This document shows, in pieces, positions 18,935 to 28,493 of a stretch of DNA of 64,000 nucleotides; the stretch's first letter is position 1, and each line of letters starts with the position of its first letter. The DNA is taken from the NCBI GenBank assembly GCA_017456145.1, contig JAFTJZ010000085.1:10463-74462 (forward strand). Reading direction: 5' to 3'. Under the pieces are notes generated by a model that saw only the letters and a program-made list of their open reading frames with translations, searched no databases and was not told the origin of the DNA. A program made the position numbers and the translations under genes. Source of the stretch: Clostridia bacterium. GTDB lineage: Bacteria > Bacillota > Clostridia > Oscillospirales > CAG-272.

Positions 18935-19468
18935 ATGATTTTAGAAACAGAACGCTTAATGATTCGCCATTTCAAGGAAGATGACTGGAAGGATTTTCAA
19001 GAGATAGCGATTTCTAAAGAACAATCCGCCTACGCATACGCGGATTTTACTTGGCCAACTGATGAAAACAGCGCTAAAAATTCTTGTTCATATATGGCCA
19101 CTGACAACGACATATGGGCAATCACTCGAAAAGAAGACGGCAAAGTGATCTGTTTCGTAAATTTCAATGGCATCAATGATGAACATATCCTTGACGTGGG
19201 TCATGTGATGAATATGGAATACGGAAAGCAAGGGTATGAGTTTGAAGGATTAAAACGCCTGTACGAATACGCCTTCGAGACGCTCGGCGTTGCAGGAATT
19301 AAGGCAAGCTGGGCAAAGGGAGATATCGAAAAACTGGAGCCGTTGGTATGTCTTGGCATGAAAACGATCGTCGAATGGGTTGGAGATGCTTTTGACAATT
19401 CAGGGAGAGCATATGAAGGTTGCACGATGATGATCACGCGCGATGAGTGGAAAAATAATATATTTTAA
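18935..19468 (+). CDS. GNAT-family N-acetyltransferase (RimJ/RimL-like)
   Basis: Start at MILETERLMIRHFKEDDW, with AAAGGAGAAG upstream. Acetyl-CoA-site-like motif GKQGYEFEGLKRLYEYAF. Confidence 0.75.
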   Translation: MILETERLMIRHFKEDDWKDFQEIAISKEQSAYAYADFTWPTDENSAKNSCSYMATDNDIWAITRKEDGKVICFVNFNGINDEHILDVGHVMNMEYGKQGYEFEGLKRLYEYAFETLGVAGIKASWAKGDIEKLEPLVCLGMKTIVEWVGDAFDNSGRAYEGCTMMITRDEWKNNIF

Positions 19469-19520
19469 GAAATCTATTTTATTGAAAAATAAACTAAGTG
19501 TAGGAGAAATAGAAGAATCG

Positions 19521-20102
19521 ATGAAAATCGAATGTTTTAATTATTACACCACCGGTAGAATGCGATTTATCGGTGTAGATACTAAAGCAGATGAGGAAGC
19601 CTTTGTCGTCTTAGACAACGCAGAAACCATGCAAACACTGGTGAACCGCTTGGAGCCCTTAAAGGCACAGCTGGAGCAGCTGCAAACAGAATACGGAACC
19701 GACATTCGGGAGCTTTGTTATGTCAATCACAGTTCCAATTTGGAGCTGTGCAATGATGACCGCCTTATGGTTGGATATTTCTTCAAGGCTGATACCCCCG
19801 TTCCCGAGGGTGCGTCTTATATTGACATACTTACCGATACCGTTGGTTACGGAATATATGTCACCCAAAATTTGAAAGATGATGAGGATAAAGCATATGT
19901 AACAACCCGCGATCGCATTTTGCATGATGGAAACATCGTACCCTATCCGGTAGGATATTGGACGGCAATGGTGTTTACCAACGGTCTGCCGCATGAGGGA
20001 AATTATCGCTTTGGTTATGTGTTTCCATCATTGGAAAAACCGTTATATGACGCACTGGTCGAGGAATATCATCAGATAACTTCAAACAGATGCATGAAAT
20101 AA
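19521..20102 (+). CDS. Island family B2: GyrI-like small-molecule-binding protein, paralogue of B1
   Basis: Start at MKIECFNYYTTGRMRFIGVD, with AGGAGA upstream. It shares all the B-family motifs. Confidence 0.55.
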   Translation: MKIECFNYYTTGRMRFIGVDTKADEEAFVVLDNAETMQTLVNRLEPLKAQLEQLQTEYGTDIRELCYVNHSSNLELCNDDRLMVGYFFKADTPVPEGASYIDILTDTVGYGIYVTQNLKDDEDKAYVTTRDRILHDGNIVPYPVGYWTAMVFTNGLPHEGNYRFGYVFPSLEKPLYDALVEEYHQITSNRCMK

Positions 20103-20172
20103 TTACGTATATACGCCCAGAGTTGAGTATTCATCATTACCGATAGGTTAAATAAAATTCCTCCACAAAAAA

Positions 20173-20212
20173 GTCGACGCCCATCCGTGCTTGCACGGAT
20201 GGCAACGTCGAC
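20173..20212. terminator. Bidirectional intrinsic terminator closing the island and yigZ
   Basis: Nested hairpin GTCGACG-CCATCCGTGC-TT-GCACGGATGG-CAA-CGTCGAC, flanked by AAAAAA on the 5' side and GTTTT on the 3' side. Confidence 0.65.
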
Positions 20213-20232
20213 CGTTTTCAATTTATAGCATA

Positions 20233-20910
20233 TCAGCGATAATCAAATCGTTCCCCGAGTCGCTGTGCAGAGAGCACTCCCGCGCTCATCTCGCGCAGCG
20301 CGGCATCCAGATCGGGGAGCACAGGCTCCTTGACAGCAAAGGTCACGCTGACCTCGTCCGCAAAGGCCACATCATCCACCACCGCGCCAAAGCGGGGCAG
20401 CATGGCGCTCAAGCGTTGATAATCGGAGTAAGAGCAACTCACACCCAGCACTGCATAGGTCTCATACGTAACGATCCCCGCCGCCTGTAGGGCAAGCGCA
20501 GCACTGTGCGCGTACGCACGAACCAAGCCACCCGCACCCAGCAGCGTTCCGCCGAAATAGCGGGTCACGATGACCAGCGCATCGTCCGCGCCCGACTGGC
20601 GGATGCTCTCCAGCACCGGCATCCCCGCCGTGCCCTGCGGCTCGCCGTCATCGCTGTAGCGGGCAAGAATACCGCCCTTCATGGTATATCCGTAAACATG
20701 ATGGGTCGCGTCGGGCATCTCTTTTTTCTTGGCACGGATGATCTCCAACGCAGCCTCCTCACTCTCCACGTGTGCGGCATAACCGAGAAAGACCGATTTT
20801 TTCTCAACAAATTCGATCTCCCCGATCCCCGCAAGCGTCGTATAGGTCACGGGGGCGGCAGGCACTGTGCCCGCCCCGATGCTTTTACTTTTTCCTTTAT
20901 CCTTCGCCAT
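20233..20910 (-). CDS. yigZ: YigZ/IMPACT-family protein
   Basis: Motif HHVYGYTMKGGILARYSDDGEPQGTAGMPVLE. Its ATG overlaps the hflX stop by 1 nt. Confidence 0.85.
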   Translation of the reverse strand: MAKDKGKSKSIGAGTVPAAPVTYTTLAGIGEIEFVEKKSVFLGYAAHVESEEAALEIIRAKKKEMPDATHHVYGYTMKGGILARYSDDGEPQGTAGMPVLESIRQSGADDALVIVTRYFGGTLLGAGGLVRAYAHSAALALQAAGIVTYETYAVLGVSCSYSDYQRLSAMLPRFGAVVDDVAFADEVSVTFAVKEPVLPDLDAALREMSAGVLSAQRLGERFDYR

Positions 20911-22232
20911 CAGTCATCCTCCCCGCGTGCGGGCGGTGCGCTGTCAAATTCACGCAGTCGACCACGCAGCTTATCGTCCACAATGGCGACCACGGTGATA
21001 TTCTCCGCGCCGTAGTCCACGCTCTCAATGGCCGCCCCCTCGGCATACAGACGGTTCAGCTCGCCTGCGCGGGCATTGGGAATGACGAAGGTGGCGCGGC
21101 TCTTGCCTGCGTGCAGCAGCTTTTGCAGCCCTTCCAGGAAATCGTCCATTCCCTCCCCCGTTCTGGCAGAGATGAACACCGTATTTTCGCTGAGCAGCGA
21201 ATGATCGGGCAAGGCAAATTGTGCCTTTGCCTCGGGCTTATCGCATTGATTGAAAACGTACAGTTTGGGCTTATCTCCCGCCCCCAGCTCACGCAACAGC
21301 TCCTCGGTGCATTCCAGCTGAGCGCGACACTCGGGATCGGAGGCATCAATGATGATCAAAAGCAGATCACACAGCACCGCCTCATCCAAGGTCGAGCGAA
21401 AGGCGCGAACCAGATGATGGGGCAGCTTGCGGATAAAGCCGACGGTGTCGGTCAGGAGCAGCTTGTCGCCCGACGGCAGCGTGTACTGCCGCGTCGTCGG
21501 GTCCAGCGTGGCAAACAGCTTGTTCTCTGCCAGAATGCCCGCGTCGGTCAGGCGGTTGAGCAGCGTGGATTTCCCCGCATTGGTATAACCGACAATGGCA
21601 GCCCGCGGGATGCCGCTGCGGTCGCGCGTCGCCCGCATGGTACGGCGGTTGCCGTCCATCTCGGCGAGCTGCGCCTCCAGCGCACGGATGCGGCGCTGAA
21701 TATGGCGGCGATCACTCTCCAGCTGCGACTCACCCGGTCCGCGGGTTCCGATGCCGCCGCCAAGTCGGCTCATATCCTTGCCTCGTCCCGTCAGGCGGGG
21801 AGCCGTATATTGGAGCTGCGCCAGCTCGACCTGCACCTTACCCTCCGCACTGGCGGCATGAAGGGCAAATATATCCAGGATCAGCATAGAGCGGTCCAAC
21901 ACGTGGACGTCATGCCCGATGTCATCCTCCAGATTGCGGATCTGAGACGGAGACAGCTCCATATCGAAAATGATCATACCGACCTCATTGTTCTCGCAAA
22001 GCGAGGCGATCTCGGCCACCTTACCCGAGCCGATGATGGTACGGGGATCGAAAGTATCTTTGTTCTGCGTCACACGGGCAAAGGTGCTGCCGCCCGCCGT
22101 GTCTAAAAGGCGGGAAAGCTCGTCCAGTCCCCGCTCAACCTCCTCGGGATCGTCGTCACGGGTGCAGACGCCGACTAAGATCGCCCGCCCGCGGATCTCT
22201 GTTTCCTTTGCGGAAAGTGTGGTATCATTCAT
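20910..22232 (-). CDS. hflX: GTPase HflX
   Basis: G1 motif GYTNAGKSTLLN, G3 motif DTVGF, and an HflX-type N-terminal domain (GKVQVELAQLQY...GPGESQLE). Confidence 0.92.
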   Translation of the reverse strand: MNDTTLSAKETEIRGRAILVGVCTRDDDPEEVERGLDELSRLLDTAGGSTFARVTQNKDTFDPRTIIGSGKVAEIASLCENNEVGMIIFDMELSPSQIRNLEDDIGHDVHVLDRSMLILDIFALHAASAEGKVQVELAQLQYTAPRLTGRGKDMSRLGGGIGTRGPGESQLESDRRHIQRRIRALEAQLAEMDGNRRTMRATRDRSGIPRAAIVGYTNAGKSTLLNRLTDAGILAENKLFATLDPTTRQYTLPSGDKLLLTDTVGFIRKLPHHLVRAFRSTLDEAVLCDLLLIIIDASDPECRAQLECTEELLRELGAGDKPKLYVFNQCDKPEAKAQFALPDHSLLSENTVFISARTGEGMDDFLEGLQKLLHAGKSRATFVIPNARAGELNRLYAEGAAIESVDYGAENITVVAIVDDKLRGRLREFDSAPPARGEDD

Positions 22233-22264
22233 ATATCATCCTCCTGTTTTACTGAAAAATCGAC

Positions 22265-22316
22265 ATAAAAAAGGGCAGAGCTCTCACGCCATCGAAGTAG
22301 CGCACAAACTCTGCCC
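22265..22316 (-). terminator. Possible rpmE terminator
   Basis: On the minus strand, GGGCAGAG...CTCTGCCC is followed by TTTTTT. The loop is long (about 28 nt), so confidence is only moderate. Confidence 0.4.
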
Positions 22317-22340
22317 GTTGTTTTGGTGGGTGCTGATGAA

Positions 22341-22559
22341 TTACTTACCGCTTGCTGCCAGTCTCTTCTTGAACTTGTCAACTCTACCGCCAGCATCAAC
22401 AAACTTCTGCTTACCGGTAAAGAAGGGATGGCACTTGGAGCAGATATCAACTCTCAGCTCACCGCCCTTGGTAGAACGGGTTACGACGCTCTCGCCGCAT
22501 GCGCACTTGATTACGACTTCTTCGTAATTGGGATGGATTCCGGACTTCATCTTACACAC
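22341..22559 (-). CDS. rpmE: 50S ribosomal protein L31
   Basis: [20 protein letters not shown]...[13 protein letters not shown], the Zn-ribbon type. Confidence 0.95.
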   Translation of the reverse strand: MCKMKSGIHPNYEEVVIKCACGESVVTRSTKGGELRVDICSKCHPFFTGKQKFVDAGGRVDKFKKRLAASGK

Positions 22560-22687
22560 CTCACTTTACTGATCGTTATATGTCCACGAACGGAGATTAG
22601 TATACCACAAATCAAAGAAAATTGCAAGGGGTTTTTGAAAAAAAGTTTATATTTGAGCAAAATATTTTTCAAAAACGCCAAAAGTGC

Positions 22688-25051
22688 TCACCGTCCGAGG
22701 ACAAAACGGGAGGTAACGGCGGGAATTTGCAGCGTCACACGGGTATACGGACTGCCATGCCGCACCACACGCTCGTACGGCAACGGTTGCATCTGCCCCG
22801 TGTGCGGATCGCACAGCACCAGGCGGTCGTGCTCTCCGCGCAAAAGCACTTCTCCCATAAAATCACGATCGGCAGAGTTGCCGAAATAATATACGTCGCA
22901 CCCGTCCCGATGCTTGTGGATATGCTCGAGCATACCGCCGCCGGGGAGGATATGATCCAACCCCAGCGCCGCGAACTCGGGATACGGGTTTCCCAGCGCA
23001 CCTGTCGCTGCGTGGCGGGGCTTGGCGGGAATATACACGTCAAGCGGAAGATCAAAGCTGTACAGCGCCCGCGAGACCGTCACACTGTCCACCATCATCG
23101 AGCCGTCTGCCGCCGTCTTGCCGGGATAGAGCCAATAGGCCTCCCCGCCCGCCTCATTTTTGTGATAGAGATGCCCTGCGACAATATCGGGATCCAGCGC
23201 ATCCGCGCCAAACACGGCTCGCATATGCTCCGTCACCTCAGCATCCGCCTCCTTGGCCTCACGCAATGGGACAAAGGCATTTTCGGGCAGCCGTTCACCC
23301 GTGGCAATGACCTTGCCGCCCGCCTCATAAAAGCGCCGCACCATACGCAGAATCTGCGGGCTGATCAGCCGCGCAGAGGGAAGGATGAGCACACGGTAGC
23401 ACTCCTGCAAGCACTCATGCCGCAGGACCAAGGTGTTCTCCTCCACCGTGCAGTAGTCGCACATGGCGTCGGGATGCAGCAGCGTCACATCCTGCCCTGC
23501 ATAAAACGCCAAGGCGTTGATCAGCGTGGTGTAATCGGCATCCGCAGGGAGATCGGGATATTCAAAATCGCGTGCGGCTGCCTCGTAAAAGCTTACCGAG
23601 GCGTGCAGCGAATGGATGGGATAGAGCACCGCAATATCACTGACATGGCTGCCGCCCCGAAGGAGTGCCGACGCACGGGACACAAAGCGGGCATATTCCC
23701 GCCCACAGGGATCCTCCCCTGACGGTGTCTGAGGAAAGCCGTCCGTGTGTGCCATGAGCAGATTTGCTCCACGCCCGAGGGCGTTGATGGCATCTTTATA
23801 CAGCATCGACGGTTCCAGACGCACATAATCGCGGCACAGCTCACAGGAAACGATCTCCCGCCCAAAATTATATGCGCCCGCCGCTGCGATCTTCAGAGAG
23901 TTAAAGCCATACAGATAGGCACGATTGAGCACCGCGCCCGAGGCGATGGCACCGTTGCTCACCACGTCCCCCGCAATAGCAGAGGGGGCAGCGAGCTTGG
24001 GCTCCATGGCACAGCACAGCAGCTGCAGAGAATGCGCCGCAGCAAAGCTCTCCAGCGCCCGATAAAGGCCTTCGCGCAGCATAGCGGCGCGGCAGGAAAA
24101 CATCAGCGACTTCACGCGGGTGGTGTTACTGTCCTCCACGTCGTACAAATGCGGGTACCACGGTGCGGGATCGCAGCCGTGCGCCGCGTAAAATACATCG
24201 TTGAAATCGGGACTCCAGTTGCGGTGGTTGGGCGCATAAAAGCCGATATCCGATTGATACAGAGCCCCCAGCGCATCCTTGTATTTCCCCTCAAAAATAT
24301 CCGCAAGCAGGGCGTACGCAGCCTCAAGGCAGGCAAGGCTCGCCGTATAGCTCAGATAATTGGCATGGGGCTTGGGATCAAGGCGGCAGATAAATTCCTG
24401 TACGCACCAGTTTCCCGTCGGAACGTCCCAGCGCAAAAGGCTATTTTTGTCGACCATCTCCCGCAGATCCACCGTCTCCCCGTCGCGCAGATCGACCGCC
24501 ACGACCGAGAGCCGTTTGCCCTTGTCACAGAGCAGCACACTGACACTCTGCTCCTGATTGAGATAATATTCACGGCGGGTGAGCATATAAGCGCGCATTC
24601 CGCTCCCACGCGCGGCACGCACCACCATCTGCTCGATCGGCTGCTCGATATGAAAAGCGACCTTGATTTTGTGACGGTGTGCCGTTTCCATCAGCACGGC
24701 ATAAACGTGACGATAAAACGCCAGGGTCGCCCTGTCGTTCTCCTCTGCCCGCGTTGCCTCGGCGGCGCGCACGGCATCCTGCTGATCCGCTGCGATCGGC
24801 ACGTCGGGCAAAGGGGGAAGAAGACCGCGCTCCAGCGCGGGTGCGAGCCGCGGGACGATACAGCGAACTCCGCGCGCCGCCTGCGTACGGACAAAATCGG
24901 AGATCTCCCGCTCGCTCACCTGCATATCGGCAGGCGTATAAAAGAGATACAGCCCCGCATCCTCGGGCGGCTCGGTAAACCTCTGCAGCAGCGTGTCCGG
25001 CTCTCCCTCGTGCGGCATCCGTGCGCGTGTCTTAGCATCGGTGTGATTCAT
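22688..25051 (-). CDS. Large hypothetical protein, possibly an uncharacterised glycoside-hydrolase-like protein
   Basis: Long ORF. Its C-terminal pattern HKHRDGCDVYYFGNS...LCDPHTGQM...TLQIPAVTSRFVL resembles the C-terminal beta-sandwich of GH2/GH-like proteins. I chose the start at MNHTDAK (25049-25051) to avoid overlapping the HIT gene. Both the start and the function are uncertain. Confidence 0.4.
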   Translation of the reverse strand: MNHTDAKTRARMPHEGEPDTLLQRFTEPPEDAGLYLFYTPADMQVSEREISDFVRTQAARGVRCIVPRLAPALERGLLPPLPDVPIAADQQDAVRAAEATRAEENDRATLAFYRHVYAVLMETAHRHKIKVAFHIEQPIEQMVVRAARGSGMRAYMLTRREYYLNQEQSVSVLLCDKGKRLSVVAVDLRDGETVDLREMVDKNSLLRWDVPTGNWCVQEFICRLDPKPHANYLSYTASLACLEAAYALLADIFEGKYKDALGALYQSDIGFYAPNHRNWSPDFNDVFYAAHGCDPAPWYPHLYDVEDSNTTRVKSLMFSCRAAMLREGLYRALESFAAAHSLQLLCCAMEPKLAAPSAIAGDVVSNGAIASGAVLNRAYLYGFNSLKIAAAGAYNFGREIVSCELCRDYVRLEPSMLYKDAINALGRGANLLMAHTDGFPQTPSGEDPCGREYARFVSRASALLRGGSHVSDIAVLYPIHSLHASVSFYEAAARDFEYPDLPADADYTTLINALAFYAGQDVTLLHPDAMCDYCTVEENTLVLRHECLQECYRVLILPSARLISPQILRMVRRFYEAGGKVIATGERLPENAFVPLREAKEADAEVTEHMRAVFGADALDPDIVAGHLYHKNEAGGEAYWLYPGKTAADGSMMVDSVTVSRALYSFDLPLDVYIPAKPRHAATGALGNPYPEFAALGLDHILPGGGMLEHIHKHRDGCDVYYFGNSADRDFMGEVLLRGEHDRLVLCDPHTGQMQPLPYERVVRHGSPYTRVTLQIPAVTSRFVLGR

Positions 25052-25056
25052 ACGTA

Positions 25057-25401
25057 TCAGATCCCCATGTTCTCGGGCAGCTTGGCACCGCCGAGCAGAT
25101 GGAAGTGCAGATGCTTGACGCTCTGGCAACCGTTCTCTCCCACGTTGGTAATGACACGGTAACCGTCACCAAGCTCCAGCTTTTCCGCAATTTTGGGGAT
25201 GGCACAAAATACCGCCGAGACAGCCGCGGCGTTTTCGCCCTCACACACCTCATCCGCCGAGCCGAGATGCCGCTTGGGAATGACCAGAACGTGTACGGGC
25301 GCTTGGGGGTTGATATCATGAAAGGCATAAACCTTCTCATCCTCATATACGCATTTGGAGGGAATTTCTCCCTTGATGATCTTGCAAAACAAGCAATCCA
25401 T
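25057..25401 (-). CDS. HIT-family (histidine triad) nucleotide hydrolase
   Basis: MDCLFCKIIKGEIP... and the HLHFHLLGG triad. GGAGAG ribosome-binding site upstream of the ATG at 25399-25401. Confidence 0.9.
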   Translation of the reverse strand: MDCLFCKIIKGEIPSKCVYEDEKVYAFHDINPQAPVHVLVIPKRHLGSADEVCEGENAAAVSAVFCAIPKIAEKLELGDGYRVITNVGENGCQSVKHLHFHLLGGAKLPENMGI

Positions 25402-25560
25402 AATTTTTCTCTCCTTTTCGAAAGTATTTTTCACCACACTCTTGCACTTTTCGCCCGAATGTGGTATCATATCAAAAGTATAACACGCCGCGCCGCGTTT
25501 GTCAACCGAATTTTGTAAAAGTGCGGGCGCAGAATAAAATTTTCACAAACAAAAAAGAGT

Positions 25561-26664
25561 ATGGAGAACCGCATGAACAACATCATCTCATCCTTGCGTG
25601 CCGATCTCTGGGAAAGGCTGCAAGACACCAACAAGCAGATCCTTCTGTATGGCACGGGCAACGGCGCGGACAAGATCTGTGAGGTCTGCGCACACTACGG
25701 CATCCGTGTCGAGGGCTTTTTCGCCAGCGACGACTTTGTGCGCGGGCAAAGCTTTCGCGGCAAGACCGTGCTGCGCTTTTCCGAGGCTTGCGCGCGCTAC
25801 GGCGCGGACAACATTCTGGTTTTGGTCGCCTTTGCCTCTGCCCTTCCCGACGTTATGGCCAACGTCCAAGCGGTAGCAAGCGTATGCGAGACCTATATCC
25901 CCGAGGTGCCCGTGCGGGGCGATACACTGTTCACACGGGAGTATGCGCGCGCACATCTGGCAGAGCTTGAGGAGGTCTTTGCACTGCTTGCCGACGAGCG
26001 TTCACGGCAAGTGCTTTGCGACACCGTGCGTTTTCGGCTGACGGGAGAGCTATCCTTGCTCCGCGCGACCGAGGACGACAAACAGACCGTCATGACAACG
26101 ATATTACGCCCCGCAGATTACCGATCCTTTTGTGACGTGGGTGCTTACGACGGTGACACCATCCGCGAGCTGCTCGCCATATCCCCGCAGCTGACCCGTA
26201 TTCACGCCATTGAGCCCGACCGTCGCAATTATCGCAAGCTGCTTGCCGCCGTCGAAGGCTTGCCCCCCCATCTCAACGTCACGCTGCACAACTGTGCCGC
26301 ATGGGACAAGGAGGAGGCGCTGCTCTTTGACGACAGCGGCAACAGAAATGCGGGATACGACCCGACTGCCAAGCGGACCGCCGCCGTGCAGGGGAGACAG
26401 ATTGACGCGCTGCTTGATGGGGAGAGGGTGGATTACATCAAATACGACGTCGAGGGCAGCGATGCGCAGGCGCTTTGCGGCTCTGCGGCAACCATCCGCG
26501 CACAGCGCCCCGACCTTCTGCTTTCCCTGTACCATCGTACCGAGGACATTTTCGCCCTGCCGCTGCTGCTGCACGAAATATGCCCCGACTACAAGCTCCG
26601 TATGCGCCGATATCCTTACATCCCCGCGTGGGATCTGAATCTGTATGCCGTCACAAGAGGATGA
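25561..26664 (+). CDS. FkbM-family SAM-dependent methyltransferase
   Basis: Motifs FCDVGAYDGDTIREL and IKYDVEGSD. The alternative ATG at 25573 has the better ribosome-binding site (GGAGAA). Confidence 0.75.
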   Translation: MENRMNNIISSLRADLWERLQDTNKQILLYGTGNGADKICEVCAHYGIRVEGFFASDDFVRGQSFRGKTVLRFSEACARYGADNILVLVAFASALPDVMANVQAVASVCETYIPEVPVRGDTLFTREYARAHLAELEEVFALLADERSRQVLCDTVRFRLTGELSLLRATEDDKQTVMTTILRPADYRSFCDVGAYDGDTIRELLAISPQLTRIHAIEPDRRNYRKLLAAVEGLPPHLNVTLHNCAAWDKEEALLFDDSGNRNAGYDPTAKRTAAVQGRQIDALLDGERVDYIKYDVEGSDAQALCGSAATIRAQRPDLLLSLYHRTEDIFALPLLLHEICPDYKLRMRRYPYIPAWDLNLYAVTRG

Positions 26665-26680
26665 GCGGCACAGATAAGCG

Positions 26681-28198
26681 TCACCCCATCACAAAAAAGG
26701 CACAGCTTGCCCGCGGCAGGATCATGCATCCTGCCGCTTGTTTTATTGAGAGGAGTGGCGGGAGAGAGGCCTCCCCTTGCAGCCTCAGCTCGCTGCCGTT
26801 CAGCCGCATGGTCGGCGCCCGCAGGGATGCGGCATCCAGCACATAAGCATCCGCCTCCCGCGGCAGGGTAAGCGCAAGAGGTGCATCTGCCGATGGGTTG
26901 ATGACCAGCCAGACCACCCCTTCCTTGCCGTCGCGTCGGGAATGACAAAAGACACGGGCGCCGACGGTATCAATACCTTGACAATCGTAAACGGTCGTCC
27001 CCATCAGCGTGTTCCAGAGCAGAACGGCAAAATAGTTGGGGCGCGGCAAAAAGCTGCCGTGCTGCAAAAAGCCGTAATCGGAGGAGGCAAGGGTATTGTG
27101 AAAGATGATGCCGTCACTCAGGGTGTAAAAGCTACCGAGCTCATGGAGCGTACGAAATACGTCCAGATACGTGGATGCCCAGCTGTTGCCTCCGCCGCCT
27201 GCATCTCCCGATTCGGTCACCCACATCGGTCCGCCCGGCACATAACGGTCCCGCAGCGGCAGATACGTGCGCACGTTGGAGGGGGCGACGTCCAGATAAG
27301 CGTCACTCAAGGCATCCTCGCCCGACCAATGCCCCTCGGGCATGAGTGACGCCAGCCGCTCGGACACACCGTTATAATAATGGTAGCTGAACACGTCCAG
27401 CGGCACGCTTACTCCCTGCATCAGTGCGGGCGTTGCAGTGATCCGCGTCATACTGCCAATGCCCGCGCCACGCGTCCGGGCGTCGACCCTCCCCATCGTT
27501 CCGTCCCCCAGCGCGCAGGGACCGACGCACAGGCAGCGCGGATAATGCTCCCTGACCCACCCGAAGAAAATATCGTGATCACGCGCATACTCTTTTGCGG
27601 TATAGCCGCGCGGTGCGCCCGACATCTCCGACATATTCGGCTCGTTCATAAATTCCGCGGCATCGATATCCACACCGTAAGCGTGGCTGAAGTCAAAGAT
27701 CTTACGCGTCTGGGTCAGATCGAGCGGCCCGCCGTCGGGATGATCCCCCTCGCAATTGCTGACCGAGATCAACAGTTTGGCACCCACCGCACGGACAAAA
27801 TCCAACACGTCGCTCCACATCTCCCGCGTCAGAACGCTCTGATATCCCGCGGGCACCTTGCCGCCCGTCGTGCCGTCAAAATCATAATAAGTCTTGGTCG
27901 CCCAGGAGCCGGACACCCGCACCCAGCCCCCATCCAGCGCCCGCGCCAGGGTGCGCAGCCGCTCATTTTTAAGATCGATCGGAGGAAAATTTTGCATCAG
28001 CTCCTCCATCGCGGTAAAATTCTCCAATGGTTCACGCACAATAAACGGCTGTATCCCTGCGATCTGCTCCTTCGTGTATGCCTTCCAAAAGCTCCCCCCC
28101 GTCACCTCGGTCATCTCGATGTTGTAGGAGATCCGAGGATCCTTGACCGTGCGGATCCTCTTCAGGGAGTCAACCTCCAGCGTTATTCCGTTTTTCAT
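26681..28198 (-). CDS. Clan GH-A glycoside hydrolase (GH79/GH30-like)
   Basis: FMNEPN (acid/base Glu) and WVTESGD (nucleophile Glu) have TIM-barrel spacing. The start is set at the ATG at 28196-28198, directly after GGAGGTG; the ORF track begins at a GTG two codons upstream. Confidence 0.55.
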   Translation of the reverse strand: MKNGITLEVDSLKRIRTVKDPRISYNIEMTEVTGGSFWKAYTKEQIAGIQPFIVREPLENFTAMEELMQNFPPIDLKNERLRTLARALDGGWVRVSGSWATKTYYDFDGTTGGKVPAGYQSVLTREMWSDVLDFVRAVGAKLLISVSNCEGDHPDGGPLDLTQTRKIFDFSHAYGVDIDAAEFMNEPNMSEMSGAPRGYTAKEYARDHDIFFGWVREHYPRCLCVGPCALGDGTMGRVDARTRGAGIGSMTRITATPALMQGVSVPLDVFSYHYYNGVSERLASLMPEGHWSGEDALSDAYLDVAPSNVRTYLPLRDRYVPGGPMWVTESGDAGGGGNSWASTYLDVFRTLHELGSFYTLSDGIIFHNTLASSDYGFLQHGSFLPRPNYFAVLLWNTLMGTTVYDCQGIDTVGARVFCHSRRDGKEGVVWLVINPSADAPLALTLPREADAYVLDAASLRAPTMRLNGSELRLQGEASLPPLLSIKQAAGCMILPRASCAFFVMG

Positions 28199-28323
28199 AA
28201 TCACCTCCGACTGCTCCGATCATACCATCATTTCGATCGTGCAATAGGAATATTCCCGTATTGTCTCCAATTTATGTATATTATCATAAAAACGGGCTGC
28301 ACCATTGGCGCAGCCCGTGCGAA

Positions 28324-28460
28324 AAAAAGCCGACGGTGGGCTTTTTACCGCGCAGAATTTACTTTTCTTTCACCTGCAAAGCAGGCAAAAATTGCGGGAT
28401 TCAGCCCAAAAGACGACGGGGTGAGTTTCAAATGCATTTTTCGCATTTGACTCACCCCGT
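28324..28460 (-). repeat. Structured intergenic repeat, family 1, inverted copy
   Basis: It is the reverse complement of the 142-bp unit at 56803-57076 (shared CTGCAAAGCAGGCAAAAATTGCGG and TTCAAATGCATTTTTCGCATTTGA). It begins 33 nt after the cyclophilin stop in that gene's orientation. Confidence 0.8.
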
Positions 28461-28493
28461 TCAAATTTTCGGCATCCGCGCCCTCGGGATCGG

